This document shows, one piece after another, positions 37,335-48,960 of a stretch of DNA of 64,000 nucleotides. Position numbers and translations under genes: made by a program. The DNA lies in contig JWZX01003263.1 of assembly GCA_001275005.1 (NCBI GenBank), positions 1 to 64,000 of the forward strand, read 5' to 3'. Position 1 is the first letter of the stretch; the number at the start of each line of letters is the position of its first letter. This DNA comes from Chrysochromulina tobinii. Lineage: Eukaryota. The notes under the pieces were generated by a model. It was not told the DNA's origin. It saw only the letters and a program-made list of their open reading frames with translations, and searched no databases.

Positions 37335-39413
37335 ATGTCGATGCAGCGAGAAATGGGTGTTCCCTTCCAGCCTGATGACCTCTTGAACGCGCGCGGAAAG
37401 CTGCGCAGGAGCGAACGACGGCCATCGTTCGAGCTGCCCCTCAAGCCATCCTTTCAGCGTCGCGAGCTATCGATCCTGCATCAGGGCTGGCTGATGAAGC
37501 AGAGCCGACACGGAACCGTAGCACATTGGAATCGTAGGTGGTTCATCTTGATAGGCGGGTCGCTCTACTACTCGCGCTCGGCCGCGCCCTCCGTGGCAGA
37601 TCTGCACGTCTTCACTGAGCTGCTCGAGGCCCTCAATATCGAGCTGGTGCCGTCGACGGCGGCGCTGATGCACGCGTTCAGAATTGTGCGCGCGCAGCCA
37701 CCGCCGCTCTCACAACGCGGCGCGCGCGCGCGCCGTGAGTACCAGCCGCATGCCGATCGGCGGCTAACTCACCGACGGTTCTCACGTTCTCCCACAACGC
37801 GCTCGCAGCTGCTTCCGGACGGCCACACTCTCCTCTTCTCGGCGCAGTCGAGCGAGGCGCGGCTGACGTGGATGTCGTTCATCGAAGCGTCGATCGGCAT
37901 GCAGCCCGTCTCAGTCGCGGTGCTGCTCGCAGAGATGCGGCGCGAGCAAACAAAGGCGGGCGGCGCGGTGCAGCTGCGGGCCATCTCGTCAGAGTTGGCC
38001 GACGTGCATGCCGCACTGGCCGCCGCGCTCTTGCGATCGGGTACGCTTCAGTCAGACGTGAAGCGTCTCGAGGAGACGGTGGAGGCGCTACGTGGCGCGC
38101 TCCAGGCGAAGGACGAGCGGCTTTGGCTCATCGGCACCCAGCTGGCCGAAGTGTCTGGCGCCGCGCTGCCCGCGACCGCCGCTGCGACGGGTGCCCACGA
38201 CAGCGCCGTGGCGGGTGTGCCGGCGCTGGCGCTTGGCGCAGTCGCGGGCAGCCCGGACGGCAAGGTCAGCAGCAGCTGCGGCAGCACAAATAGGCTCTCG
38301 GTGCTGCGCGGCATGGTGGGCTTTCTCTCGCCTCGTCTGTCGCCCCGCTCGCCCCGCGTGCCAGCTAAAGGATCCCCCCCCGAGCGCCGCCCCGAGCGCC
38401 CCGAGCAAGCCAGCGCGGACGAGCAGACAGGTGCCCACGACAGCGCGTTCTCCAGGGCGCCGGAGTTTCGTGAGTTTCGTGGGCGCCGGTCTAGGGTCGA
38501 GGGCCGCGAGATCATGAAGCAGGCCAGGAGCGAAGGCGACCTCGAGGGCTGGGGTGAGTGGGCGGACGAGAGCCACCACGGCAACAGGCATGTGAACCAG
38601 TGGTCCCAAATTAGGCAAGCCCCCATGGCCGGCCGTTTCCATTCGTCAGAGGTTTCGTCAGAGGCGTCCCCCCTGACAGCCCGAGGCATGGGCGCGCGCG
38701 CGCACGGGCCGATGCCTCGCTTGGGCGCGCCCAAGACGGCGCTATTTGTGCTCAAGGAGGGCGTGCTGACGAAACTCTCCAAGGGGGGCTTCACCGCAAA
38801 CTGGAACCGGCGCGCATTCGCTCTCATCGGGTCGTCGCTCTTTTATGCCAAGGACCGCGAGCACCTGCTGAACCAGCCGAAGCTCTTCGCCGAGGTGGCG
38901 GGCTGCGTCTGCTCCTCGTGGTACGAAGCCGCGACGAATCGGAACAACACACTGGCCATCCAGCTGCCTAATTTGGACGACCCTGACGGAGACTCCGAGG
39001 TGTTAATTATGGCCGCCGATACGGTGCGCGAGAAGCTTGCTTGGATCGAGGCCATCACGCACGCCGCGCGCATGCCGCCGTGCCCGATCGAGTTTGTTCA
39101 CAGGCTGCTCACGGACGCCGACCCCACAGGCCCCTGGCCCAGTGGCGGGTTGGCTCCCGACTCCGGAGATCCTATCTCGCCCATTCTATGGGATCGGGTG
39201 GCCGCCAATTTCGCCGCCCACGACGGCGGCGGCGGCGGACGCAACTGGGCCGTGCGCGAGAGAAGTGACGGTTACCACCAGCATAGCGGCGATCATCATC
39301 ATCACTACGGTAGCAGCCACCGGCGCCATCAAACCCAGCCGGAGCCCGATGCGGGTCTGACATGGGGTCCGTTCAACCTCGAGGCCTGGTTGCCCTTCGT
39401 CAAGAACGTTTGA
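37335..39413 (+). CDS. Protein with two PH domains and a coiled coil
   Basis: HQGWLMKQS...WNRRWFIL and KEGVLTKLS..GFTANWNRRAFAL...AWIEAI; probable in-frame intron 37686-37808. Confidence 0.85.
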   Translation: MSMQREMGVPFQPDDLLNARGKLRRSERRPSFELPLKPSFQRRELSILHQGWLMKQSRHGTVAHWNRRWFILIGGSLYYSRSAAPSVADLHVFTELLEALNIELVPSTAALMHAFRIVRAQPPPLSQRGARARREYQPHADRRLTHRRFSRSPTTRSQLLPDGHTLLFSAQSSEARLTWMSFIEASIGMQPVSVAVLLAEMRREQTKAGGAVQLRAISSELADVHAALAAALLRSGTLQSDVKRLEETVEALRGALQAKDERLWLIGTQLAEVSGAALPATAAATGAHDSAVAGVPALALGAVAGSPDGKVSSSCGSTNRLSVLRGMVGFLSPRLSPRSPRVPAKGSPPERRPERPEQASADEQTGAHDSAFSRAPEFREFRGRRSRVEGREIMKQARSEGDLEGWGEWADESHHGNRHVNQWSQIRQAPMAGRFHSSEVSSEASPLTARGMGARAHGPMPRLGAPKTALFVLKEGVLTKLSKGGFTANWNRRAFALIGSSLFYAKDREHLLNQPKLFAEVAGCVCSSWYEAATNRNNTLAIQLPNLDDPDGDSEVLIMAADTVREKLAWIEAITHAARMPPCPIEFVHRLLTDADPTGPWPSGGLAPDSGDPISPILWDRVAANFAAHDGGGGGRNWAVRERSDGYHQHSGDHHHHYGSSHRRHQTQPEPDAGLTWGPFNLEAWLPFVKNV

Positions 39414-39572
39414 CAGCGGGCTCTCAGGCCTGCCGTGCGTGTTTCGTCTTTCTTCTTCTTTGCATTATAGTGATAGCCGTACTACATGCGTTATTTTTAG
39501 CACGCACGACGGGACACGAGCTGTAATATCCGATCGTTTATCGTTGTATGCAGTCGCTGTAACGTGTGAATA

Positions 39573-42532
39573 GGGTGGGGGTGGGGTTTAAAAGCTGAGG
39601 GCAGTTTGGCGAAAGACGGTAAAAGTGTCCACTGTGGACCGAACTCCGAAGATTCGCGTAAAACCAAATAAGGGCCTTTGTAAAACGGTAAAAGTCATCG
39701 TTCATCGACATCGTGCCTCCGTATCCGAGGTAAAAGACACTTTTGCCGAATGTTAGTACCAGTACTTCGCTAGCAACCGAGCGTGATTGTCATTCGATAT
39801 GAAACAAGCTCTCGAAACCTACTGGTACTTCAATCCTTCGTTTGCGTGCCCGGACCGACGCTCCGACGCACTCCATCGGTTGTTCGGTTCAGACGCACAT
39901 GGAGTCGACACATGGAGCATGACATGGAGCATGACATGGAGCATGGCATGGAGCCTCTGTCTCATTACTCGTTCATCGCTCATTACTCGATCAACGTCTC
40001 ATTACTCGCAAGAATCAAAGTGCCTAAAGGGTATTTATATGGGACCATTCGATTTCAGGTCCGACACATGCAAAAAGGGTTTACTAAGCTCTGAGGGGAA
40101 ACGATGCTCGAACGAGAGTTTCCAAAAACAGATCGACAGCGCGCCGCGTCCTGTGGCCTTGCTGTGGCCGCTGCACCACGCGTACTAGGCTACTAGCTGC
40201 GCCTCGGACGAGCGTCAGGACGAGCGCTGCGCCTGTGGAGCGCCGCTTGGTGACACAGAGCGTCCGACGGCACTGACCAAGACGGCACTGTGATCAATCG
40301 CCTCCCAATTGCTCAGATGCTCACATCAGCACGGGGGGCTGCTCGTCGACGCATCGCAAGTGCAAGCTCACTCCACCGCTTCCTGCGGCCGCTGCTACAC
40401 GCGTAGCTCAATGCGTCTAGCACACGAGCGCTGCGTCTATCTTTAGCTGCTCAAAACGTCACAGCTCACAGCGTGAGACTCGCAAGGTCAGCTTTTTTGC
40501 ACAAGACCGAGCATAAGCACGGTTGTTGCGACCTGCTACGACCTGCGACCCATCTGCGTGTGGTGATGCACAGGAAAGGAATTGGGGAGCTAGGGGACTC
40601 ACTCTAGGCTTGCTGAGGGAGGAGAGGGTTCAGTGTACCTCATGTGCCAGCGCCGACCTCTCTCAGAGCTCTGTACAGAACCCTCTGGCTTAATACCTTC
40701 TACAGAGCACAATGCAAATGCACATCGATGAGGCAGCTTTCTGCGGCCGCTGCTACACACGTAGATGTGTGGGTATGCAGACTGGCTATGAGCGTCGTTG
40801 AGCGCAAGATGGTCCTTAGCTTGAGCGTGGATGAGCGCAAGACGCTTGCGAGCGTGAGCAACGATGAGGAACGATGAGTGTAGGGCTGTTGCAAGCATGT
40901 GCGATGATGATGAATGCAAGGCATGTCTCTAGCATGAGGATGGATAAGCACACGATGGGTGAGCGCAAAGCGAGTGCAAGCACGAGCGACGATGAGCGCA
41001 AAACGTTCTCTAGCTTGAGCGTGGATGAGAGCGCAAGGCTGTTGCAAGCATGAGCGGCGATGAACGCAACTACGCAAGGCATTCTCTAGCTAAGGAGCGT
41101 ATAGGGAGCGTGGTTGAGCTATGGTTGAGCGTCACACGCTAGGCATTCTCTGGCATGAGCAACGATGAGCAGCGATGAACGCAAAAGACGTTCTCCAGCC
41201 GAGCTTGAGCGTGGATGAGGGCAAGACGCTTGCGAACTGAGCGATGATGAGGGACGATGAGTGCACAGGGCTGTTGCAAGCAAGAGCGACGACGAGCGCA
41301 AGACTGTTGCAAGCATGAGCGGCGATGAACGCAAGGCGTTCTCTAGCAACGATGAGCAGCGATGAGCAGCGATTGAACGCACCAGCTTGAGCGTGGATGA
41401 ATGCACGCTGCTTGATAGCATGAGCGACGATGCGAGTGACGATGAGTGCAGGGCAGTTGCAAGCAAGAGCGACGATGAGCGCAAGTCTGTTGCAAGCCTG
41501 AGTGGCGAGGAACGCAAGGCATTCTCTAGCTAGGGAGCGTGGATGAGCGCAAGACCGAGCGACGAGATACTTGGTCTACCAGTCGCACGTCCGGCCTGTC
41601 AACAAGCTTGCCCTCGTTCGAGGTAGCCTCGGCCTTCCGCCGATTTTACCGCGGCCCTTCGCCCCCTTCCTCGACTCCTGCACAGTACAGTAACGCAACG
41701 CGGCGGCACAGACTTTGCTCACGTGCAAGATGGCCACTATAAGGCCACCCGCAGGCCACAGCGAACGGTGGATAAACGGTGTGACGTCATCACCGGCCTC
41801 GGCCCACGCCAATTCCACGTGCCCTCGAACTCTCGCCAAGTCGAGGCGTCCGAACAGCGTGTGACGAGTAGCATCGCTAAGGGACCTCGACGTCCTCCTG
41901 TCGTCGCACCTCGGCACCTGCTGGGACTTGCCTCGTACCTGTAACGGAGGAGGCGCATCACATAAGCACCGGCTTGTGTGTCTGGGTGCGGTAAATGCGC
42001 CGCTCTCGAGCGGGAGACCACAGTCGAAAGAGTAGCACGTCGGGGCACTCAATCACCGGATTTGCAATCGACAGTAATCAATCAAGTACCGAACAGATGT
42101 TACTGAATAAGTTTCGAGTTCCCTATTGCAAGCATGAGCACGGTTGTTGCGACCTGCAACCCATCTGCGTGTGGTGATGCACGCGAAAGGAATTAGAAAG
42201 GAATGGGGGAGCTATAGGGGAGCTAGGGGACTCATTGGGGACTCACACTCTTATAAACTCACTCTAGGCTTGCTGAGGGAGGAGACAGGGCTCGGTACAC
42301 CCCCTGTGCTTCCTAGGGCCTAGACACTCAGTAAACCCCCTGTTGATGAGGACGAGGCACATTGAGGTGTGCGGCGGCGGCACGCGCACTGCGCCGATTT
42401 AAACGGTAAAAGTGACCGCAGGAATATGGGCGTAAAACGTTTAAAGTTGCCTCTTGGCGAGTTTCAGTTTGTATCTTAGTTTCTCGTAAAACGGTAAAAG
42501 TTCCGGACCCTCCGGAAAAGCTACCCCCACCC
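39573..42532. mobile_element. Putative non-autonomous DNA transposon (~2.96 kb) with GGGTGGGGGT terminal inverted repeats and TA flanks
   Basis: ATAGGGTGGGGGT (39570-39582) is the exact reverse complement of ACCCCCACCCTAT (42523-42535); subterminal ACGGTAAAAGT at both ends; more AT-rich; no credible ORF. Confidence 0.7.
40780..41555. repeat. Degenerate tandem array inside the element (GCAAGCATGAGCGACGATGA / TTCTCTAGC / GAGCGTGGATGA units)
   Basis: Recurring shuffled motifs over ~780 bp. Confidence 0.75.
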
Positions 42533-42922
42533 TATAAACGTGTGGTATTGATGCTTGATGGTTCAGTACCCGCGGCCTACCTCTCGCCGCGCCTGAAAAG
42601 ACGGGTATACAGTTATGTTTATTTGCCGGTCCGGTGCTTGCGTGCGTCTCCTCGCCTGTACGTCGCACGCCTACAATTTCAATTACGAATAAAATTGCTC
42701 CTGTTCTTTTCGTATTCTCATACCGTACTCCTACCGACTACTGTCGTTCACGTACAGCGGAGAACGCAGCATGAGAAGACGGAGTATTCATCCTCAAGCT
42801 GAGTCGCGACCGTCCGATTGACGAGCTGCGCCAGTCTGCCAAGTGAGGTGTCATAGCGCACATATCCTCACGTCGACATCAGAGGCGACCGTATAAGGCG
42901 ACCGAGACCGTGCTGAGCCTAG

Positions 42923-45250
42923 CTAAACTTGCTTAGGTGAAAGCCGGCTAAACTCTTCCGCTTCGGACAGTGAGCCGAGCCTCGGCTTGTCCGCCCGCGT
43001 CGGTTTCGTGCTCATTTCACGGAGCATTGCGAACGATAACCTTGACGACAAGGGCCTCCCATGCCTCTCTGCTGACGAGGGCTTAGACGAGAGCCCGTGC
43101 TTCTCGAGCCGCTCGAGCCGCTCCGAGAGCAGCTTCATGCCGTCGGCGACCCGCTTGAGCTGCAGCGTACTCTGCGTCTGGCCTCGCTCGAGGCCCCGCA
43201 CTATCTCCAGGAGCACCCTCGTGTTCCTGTCGCCCTCTGAGGGGCCCCGATCGGGGGGGGCGCTCGATGGACCCGGGAGCTCGGCTGAAGCATCTGCAAG
43301 GATAGAACCAGTATCGCCCTGCAGCTGTCGCAGCACGTCAAGAGGGCTGTCGAGGTCACCTTCGTCTGCAGTCATGCCGCCTGTCTCGCCTTCGGCGGCG
43401 GTTGATGCTTTCTTAGTCTTCTTATACTTGATGTATGAGGAGATGAGGAGGATAGATCGACGCGTGGCCAGCTTCAGACCGGCGAGGCGGATCTCGCCGG
43501 CAGAGGCGGGGAATGCCTTGACCACCTTCTCCAGGCCGGAGCGGGTGAGAGAGACGACCTCACAATAGCCGAGCGTCTTCGCCGGCCGAGTATCTCGAAG
43601 GAGCGGTGAGGCGAGGATGATGTCGCCCCACGACATACCAGAAGTGAAGAAAGCACCCCCGCGCGAGGCAATCCCGCTCACGATAATGTACATGCGTGCC
43701 TCACCATCGAAAGTCAAGCTTTTGATGTACTCGTCGGCTGCGAAGGATTCACGTTCGAGTTGCATGCTCAACTCCTCCAAGAAGGCATGCTCGCACTGTT
43801 GCAGCCACCAGACCGCTTTGAAGATGCCCGCGGTGATCGTGACCTTGGTGTCGTGCCGCAGCTGGGCCGAGAGTGTGCTGTCGATGAGGTCAATGTACCG
43901 CTGCCGCTTGGCCATCGTGCGCGTGCGCAGGTAAAATTCGCGTACGCGCGATTTGAGGGCTGGCGGGAAGAATTGGTCGTCCATCATGTAATTGAGAGCG
44001 TCGAGGTTCGTCCGAAACGCGATGGCGTCCGGATTGCCGGTGGTGAGCGCCGAGATGATGACGCCCTGCACCCACGCAAACGCGAACGCGGCAATGATGA
44101 AGATGACCATGAAGAACGAGTACTCATAGTCGTTGGTAGGGTACACAACGCTCGTCCCGCCCAGCATCGCCATCAACGCTACCATCAGCGCGGAGAGCCA
44201 CACTGTGTACGGCTTGTCAACAAAGTCGGACGGGAGCAAGCCGTCGGTCGAGGCGCGGCACATCCACGACTCCATCATATGGACGTGGGCCTCATTCGAG
44301 TGGGTCACGTTCGCGGCCACCTCGATCTCGCAAGGCGTGAGGCAAGGGGAGCTGCATGCTTCCGAAGCTCGATCACCCGCGCACAGGCATGCATCGCATG
44401 TGGGGTCCCTCAGCACGCGCTCCTCCAGAGCTGCAATCACGAGTGGCTCGTCGCGCCAACTGTTCTGCAGCTGCGGCATCAGCGCCCAGAGGCACGCCAG
44501 CCAGTGGACCAGGATGATGAACGCAAACCAGGCGGTAAAGAGCGATTGTGTCGTCGACGACAGATTGAGCTGGCTCTGCCAGCGAGTGACGATGCGCGAG
44601 GCACGCAGCACGCGCAGGAGTTTGAGGAGTCGAGCCACACGCACGATCCGGACGGCTTTTAAGAGCATCCCCGTGCTGTCCCCACACGCACCATCTGTGG
44701 GAAGAGCACCCATGAGCTGGAGCGAATCGAATGGCAGGACCGTGAACAAATCCATGGCAAACCACCCGCGCAAGTACTTGCATGCGATCTTGTAGTGGCT
44801 GCGGACGAGGTTGCCTTCCTTGTCGGGCACCGGCAAAAAGAACTGCCAGATAATGTCCATAACGAAGATGATGTTGATTGCGGTGTTCACGTAGAAGAGA
44901 ACGTTGAGCTTCGTTTCGAGGCCAAGCCCCACCTCGAAGGGTGTCACCGTGGCGGTGTACGCGAGCGCCAGGGTCGTAATACCGTCCCAGTACGCTTGGT
45001 ACACCGAACGCGGGTTGATGAACCCGCGGCGCGTCTCGGTCAAGTGCGCGCGGAGTTGCTCCACGTCGCACCGGAATCGAGAGATGCGTGTATTGTCCGC
45101 CTCGCTTCCCTTGGCCGGGCCACCGCCAACCTTGAAGCCATCCATCATCTCCATGAATCCCACCGAGGAGAAGCCGCTCGTAGGCCTTCGTTGGCCCCTT
45201 GACTCCGAGTCCTCCCAGTACGAGGCACGGGCCCTCGACGCGGCCAGCAT
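42923..45250 (-). CDS. Cyclic-nucleotide-binding-domain (KCNH/HCN-like) 6TM ion channel, intronless
   Basis: INPRS...WD, TPFEVG, YLRGWFAMDL...PFD, S4 RIVRVARLLKLLRVLRASR, HWLACLW, C-linker and CNBD; start M uncertain (45250 or 45154). Confidence 0.85.
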   Translation of the reverse strand: MLAASRARASYWEDSESRGQRRPTSGFSSVGFMEMMDGFKVGGGPAKGSEADNTRISRFRCDVEQLRAHLTETRRGFINPRSVYQAYWDGITTLALAYTATVTPFEVGLGLETKLNVLFYVNTAINIIFVMDIIWQFFLPVPDKEGNLVRSHYKIACKYLRGWFAMDLFTVLPFDSLQLMGALPTDGACGDSTGMLLKAVRIVRVARLLKLLRVLRASRIVTRWQSQLNLSSTTQSLFTAWFAFIILVHWLACLWALMPQLQNSWRDEPLVIAALEERVLRDPTCDACLCAGDRASEACSSPCLTPCEIEVAANVTHSNEAHVHMMESWMCRASTDGLLPSDFVDKPYTVWLSALMVALMAMLGGTSVVYPTNDYEYSFFMVIFIIAAFAFAWVQGVIISALTTGNPDAIAFRTNLDALNYMMDDQFFPPALKSRVREFYLRTRTMAKRQRYIDLIDSTLSAQLRHDTKVTITAGIFKAVWWLQQCEHAFLEELSMQLERESFAADEYIKSLTFDGEARMYIIVSGIASRGGAFFTSGMSWGDIILASPLLRDTRPAKTLGYCEVVSLTRSGLEKVVKAFPASAGEIRLAGLKLATRRSILLISSYIKYKKTKKASTAAEGETGGMTADEGDLDSPLDVLRQLQGDTGSILADASAELPGPSSAPPDRGPSEGDRNTRVLLEIVRGLERGQTQSTLQLKRVADGMKLLSERLERLEKHGLSSKPSSAERHGRPLSSRLSFAMLREMSTKPTRADKPRLGSLSEAEEFSRLSPKQV

Positions 45251-45412
45251 GAGGTAGCTTCGTTTGAGGCCGCTTCCCAAAAGTGATTCTGGCTCCCGGA
45301 AGTTGAATCTGGGAAAAAACAGTAAAACCCTGCATGCAGATCACCGGAGACAGTCCTTTTTGAAATTCACAGGCCTATCCCCGTCTTCGCTAACAAGGCC
45401 CTGGCCAACACT

Positions 45413-48400
45413 TTAGCCTCCGAATGGCGCCCATGGCTCGCACTCGGAGACGCTCGTCTCGCCCTCGCTGCCCACTTGATGCGTGCGCGCGAGCGCGACG
45501 AGCGGGTCGAGCGGCAGGGCGGCGAGCCGCATCGTTCGATCCATCTGCCCAAACGAGAGCAGCACGACGCCGCCATCGGCGCGCGCCGTGTCGGGCTCGA
45601 CGATCAGTCCGACGACGTACTGCAGTGCGCAGCGGGGCGAGGTCGCGATCTCGAGCTCACGCTCGGAGATGCACAGCTTGGGCGAGATCGAGATCACGCG
45701 GAAGGGAGGTGCGCCCGAGATTACGTAGAAGACAGTCGCATACAGTGCGGGCGCATGCGCACCATCCTTGACGTGCATCGCCGCTAGAAAATCCCCATTC
45801 GGAAGTCGCGCGTATGGAGTGCCGCCTCGAAGCCCTTGCCGCTGCGTGTCATACGTGCGAAGGAAGTCGGCGCTCGAGTTGTATGCTCGGTGGCATGAGC
45901 CCCCAGTCCAAGCGCAGCGCAGCACCACATGAGGCTCGATTGAGTAGCTGAGGTGGAGCGCGCCGTCCTGAGCGAGGGATCGAGCGCAGCGGTACTCATC
46001 GGAGGGGCCAGAGAGAGAGGCCCTCGAGAGAGGCCAGAGAGAGAGAGGCCAGAGAGAGATAGAGGCATTCAGACGGTCTCTCAGACAGGCACCCAGGGAG
46101 ACACACTCAGACACACGCAGAGAGGGCCATCCGAAGTCATCAGTGGTCGTGGGCGCACTTGTACAAAGGGCACCCAATTCTTCTCATTGTCCTGTAGTGT
46201 AAACGGACCGTCAGGCCCTTCGTCGATCGACAATTCCCACACAGCCTCCTGATGAGGGAGGCAATCCGATGTCATCAGAGGGCATCAGAGGCACTCAGAG
46301 CCGCGCCACCTCGGGCGCCATGTACCTGCCTCAGTGTGCCACTCGCTGCATCGCCCGCTAGGCGCAGCAAGCACAGCCGACGCCGCCCGCGGCAGTCCTC
46401 GTGGTTGGCGACGAGATAGAGCGTGCCGCGGTGCACGAGCACACGAGCGTCCTCGTAACCGTCGTACTCGATGACGTGGCGGCGCGGCGCGGCCGGCGCT
46501 GGTGCCGGCGGCGCTGGTGTAGGCGGAGGGAAGTCTTCAAAATTGGCCCGAACATTGGCGGCGTCCGCCGCTCGTACGTCGGGGCCGTGCGCGCTGCGGC
46601 TCCGGGTTTGATTGGAGCCTCCGCCAACAGCACGGCCCACACGAACGGCTCCAGAGACGCTGCCGCTGCTTGTGGTGGTGTTGCCGCCGCCTTGCCCATG
46701 GCGGCCACCGCCTTGCTCGTCGCCCCCATCGGCGCTACGGCACCGTTCAAACGCAGCGACGGAGCGGCAGTTGGTGATGGGCATGGCTGCGCCGAGCAGC
46801 AACAGTGCGCGTAGTAACCGCCCACGCGCCAGCCGCCGATGCGCGCGTGTGCGTCGGAGCGCGCAAAGCAGTTGCGCCACTCCCGCCGCGAAGCATCCGA
46901 AGATGAGGGATGAGGACAAGCGAGGTGCACCGGCCGCTAGCCGGCAGATGGCAGGCGAGAGGTCCGACCAGAGGTGCTCTTCACATTCACACGGTGGGAA
47001 GGGCGCACTCAAGTTGAGCCACGAGACGAAACCGAGGCGTATCTCTCCAGTGCGCCGCTGCCGCTCCACCGTAAAGTAGCCTACCGCACTGAAGCCGCCA
47101 CGCACGGCGCCGACGCCGCTCGCGCCGAGCGCCATCGCCTGGTCGTTGATCCACTGTTCGGTGGCGGGGAGGATCAAGGGCGTGCCGTCGGGCGCCTCCT
47201 CTACGTCAAAGATCTGGAGCTCGTCCTCCGAGATCGCGAGCTCGTCCTCTGAGATCTGGAGCTCGTCCTCTGAGATCGTGAGCTCGTCCTCCGAGATCGC
47301 GAGCTTGGCTCTGCGCCTGCTACTGCTGCTGCTCCTACTGCTGCTGTTGCCGCTGCTCCAACTGCTGCTGCTCCTACTGCCGCTGCTCCTATTGCTGCTG
47401 CCGCTGCTATTGCTGCTATTGCTTCTGCTGCTGCTAGTGCTGCTGATACTTCTCGTGCTCCTGCTGCTGGTGGATGCCCCGTTGTCCTCACCTTTGTGGG
47501 CCGCCAATCCCACGGCCTCAATCTCGGCCTCAATCTCGATCTTGGCCTCAATCTCAGCGGAGGCCATCTCAATCAGTGAACGCCAGCGATCCGCCGCCCC
47601 ATGGCCGCGCGCCTTGCTCTGCGCCTGCTCGATCACGGCGGCCAACTCAATCTCGGCCTCAATCTCGGCCTCAATCGACGACAGCGCGGACGTCTCCTCC
47701 TTCGCCTGCTCGTCCTCCATGTCCCCATCAAGAGTTTCGACACCCTCGGCGTCCTCGGTGCCTGCCATATAATGGCCACTTGGCCGGCGCATTGGGATCC
47801 TCATGGCTTCAGCCGCCCCGCCCTTTGCAGCGCCCATCAGCAACGGCCGACTCGGCTGCTCTGATTGCGGTTCCAATTGCTCTGATTGCGGTTCCAATCG
47901 CTCTGATTGCGGCTCCACTTGCTCCCGCTCGCCCGCCAGGATGGAGCCTACTCCGGCGCGTGCAACCGTGCCGCCTTTGGCCCCGCGAAGCAGCTCCCCG
48001 GCCTGCCGAACCTCGGTGACGAAACCCCGCTCCCCTGCTCGACGCTGCGCCGTTGCGGGCGTCTCGAGCTCGGGCACATGCCCCTGCGAGAGGGCGGCGC
48101 GCCACTCGGGCCAGTCGACTGCTCGTTGCCACGCGCCAGCGGTCGTCGTCGTCCAAATCGAGCGCACCTGCATTCAGAAGCCATCAACGGTCATCAGAGG
48201 CCATCAACGGCAATCAAGGCGTCGTCCAGATCGAGCGCACGTTCGAGAAACGGAAGATGACGACGTAGCGTGCGATGTCGTCGTCATCATCGGCGGCGCC
48301 GAAGTCGTCAGCTGCCCAACCAAATGCGGAGCGTGGCGGCAGCGCTGCGATCGCTGGGTTGAAGGCGAAAAAGGGCCGTTGTGGCGCAGCTGTCAGGTGT

Positions 48401-48900
48401 TCGGACAGCGCCTCAGGTGGCAAAGGCTGGGGCAGCTCGATTGTGTGCGGTGGCGGCGGCTCCTTCCCGGTGGAGGCGCTCCCTGCGGCGTTGTGACGGG
48501 TATCAGCGGGCACGAGCGGCACGGTCGGCCGCAGGCTCGAACTCGACGTGACGCAGGCGTGGTAGGAGCCGACGGTGATGTCACACGGCATCTGTTCGCA
48601 CGTGGTTCGATACGACTCGTCGGCCTCCTTTCGACGCTGCGTCGCATACAGCAGCTGCCACACCTTGTAGTGCAGCGCCAGATCGTTGGGCATGCTGCGT
48701 AGCACGCTGCTGTACTCAGAGCGCGAGAGCTCCTCCCTATCTCCAGAGCCAAAGTGCATGGCGGACTCGGCGAGCTCAATCTGACGCAAGATGTCGTGCG
48801 TTGAGGCAGAACGCCTCGGCCGGTACTGGTAATTGGACGGCGGCCCGAGCCACTCGGCCAACGCGCGGCTGGAGCTCGGCGTCGCGAGAGAGCTCGCCAT
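45413..48900 (-). CDS. Membrane-anchored protein with a C-terminal GH130 / beta-mannosyltransferase-like propeller and low-complexity N-terminal half
   Basis: GYEDARV....G.LYL, EKNWVPF, LSYSIEPHVVL, LRGGT, AAMH motifs; introns 48168-48240, 46249-46325, 45968-46158. Confidence 0.55.
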
Positions 48901-48960
48901 ATCACCGATCGGGGAACCGTGTGAACAGGCTGTTAATAAACCCGAAGAAACTAAATCACA

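Noticed and set aside
39783..42052. Possible transposase within the TIR element
   Set aside because: Only short ORFs; no DDE, RT or tyrosine recombinase motifs recognised.
47146..47772. Poly-Leu membrane-protein-like ORF on the plus strand
   Set aside because: Antisense shadow of the Ser-rich tract of the minus-strand gene.
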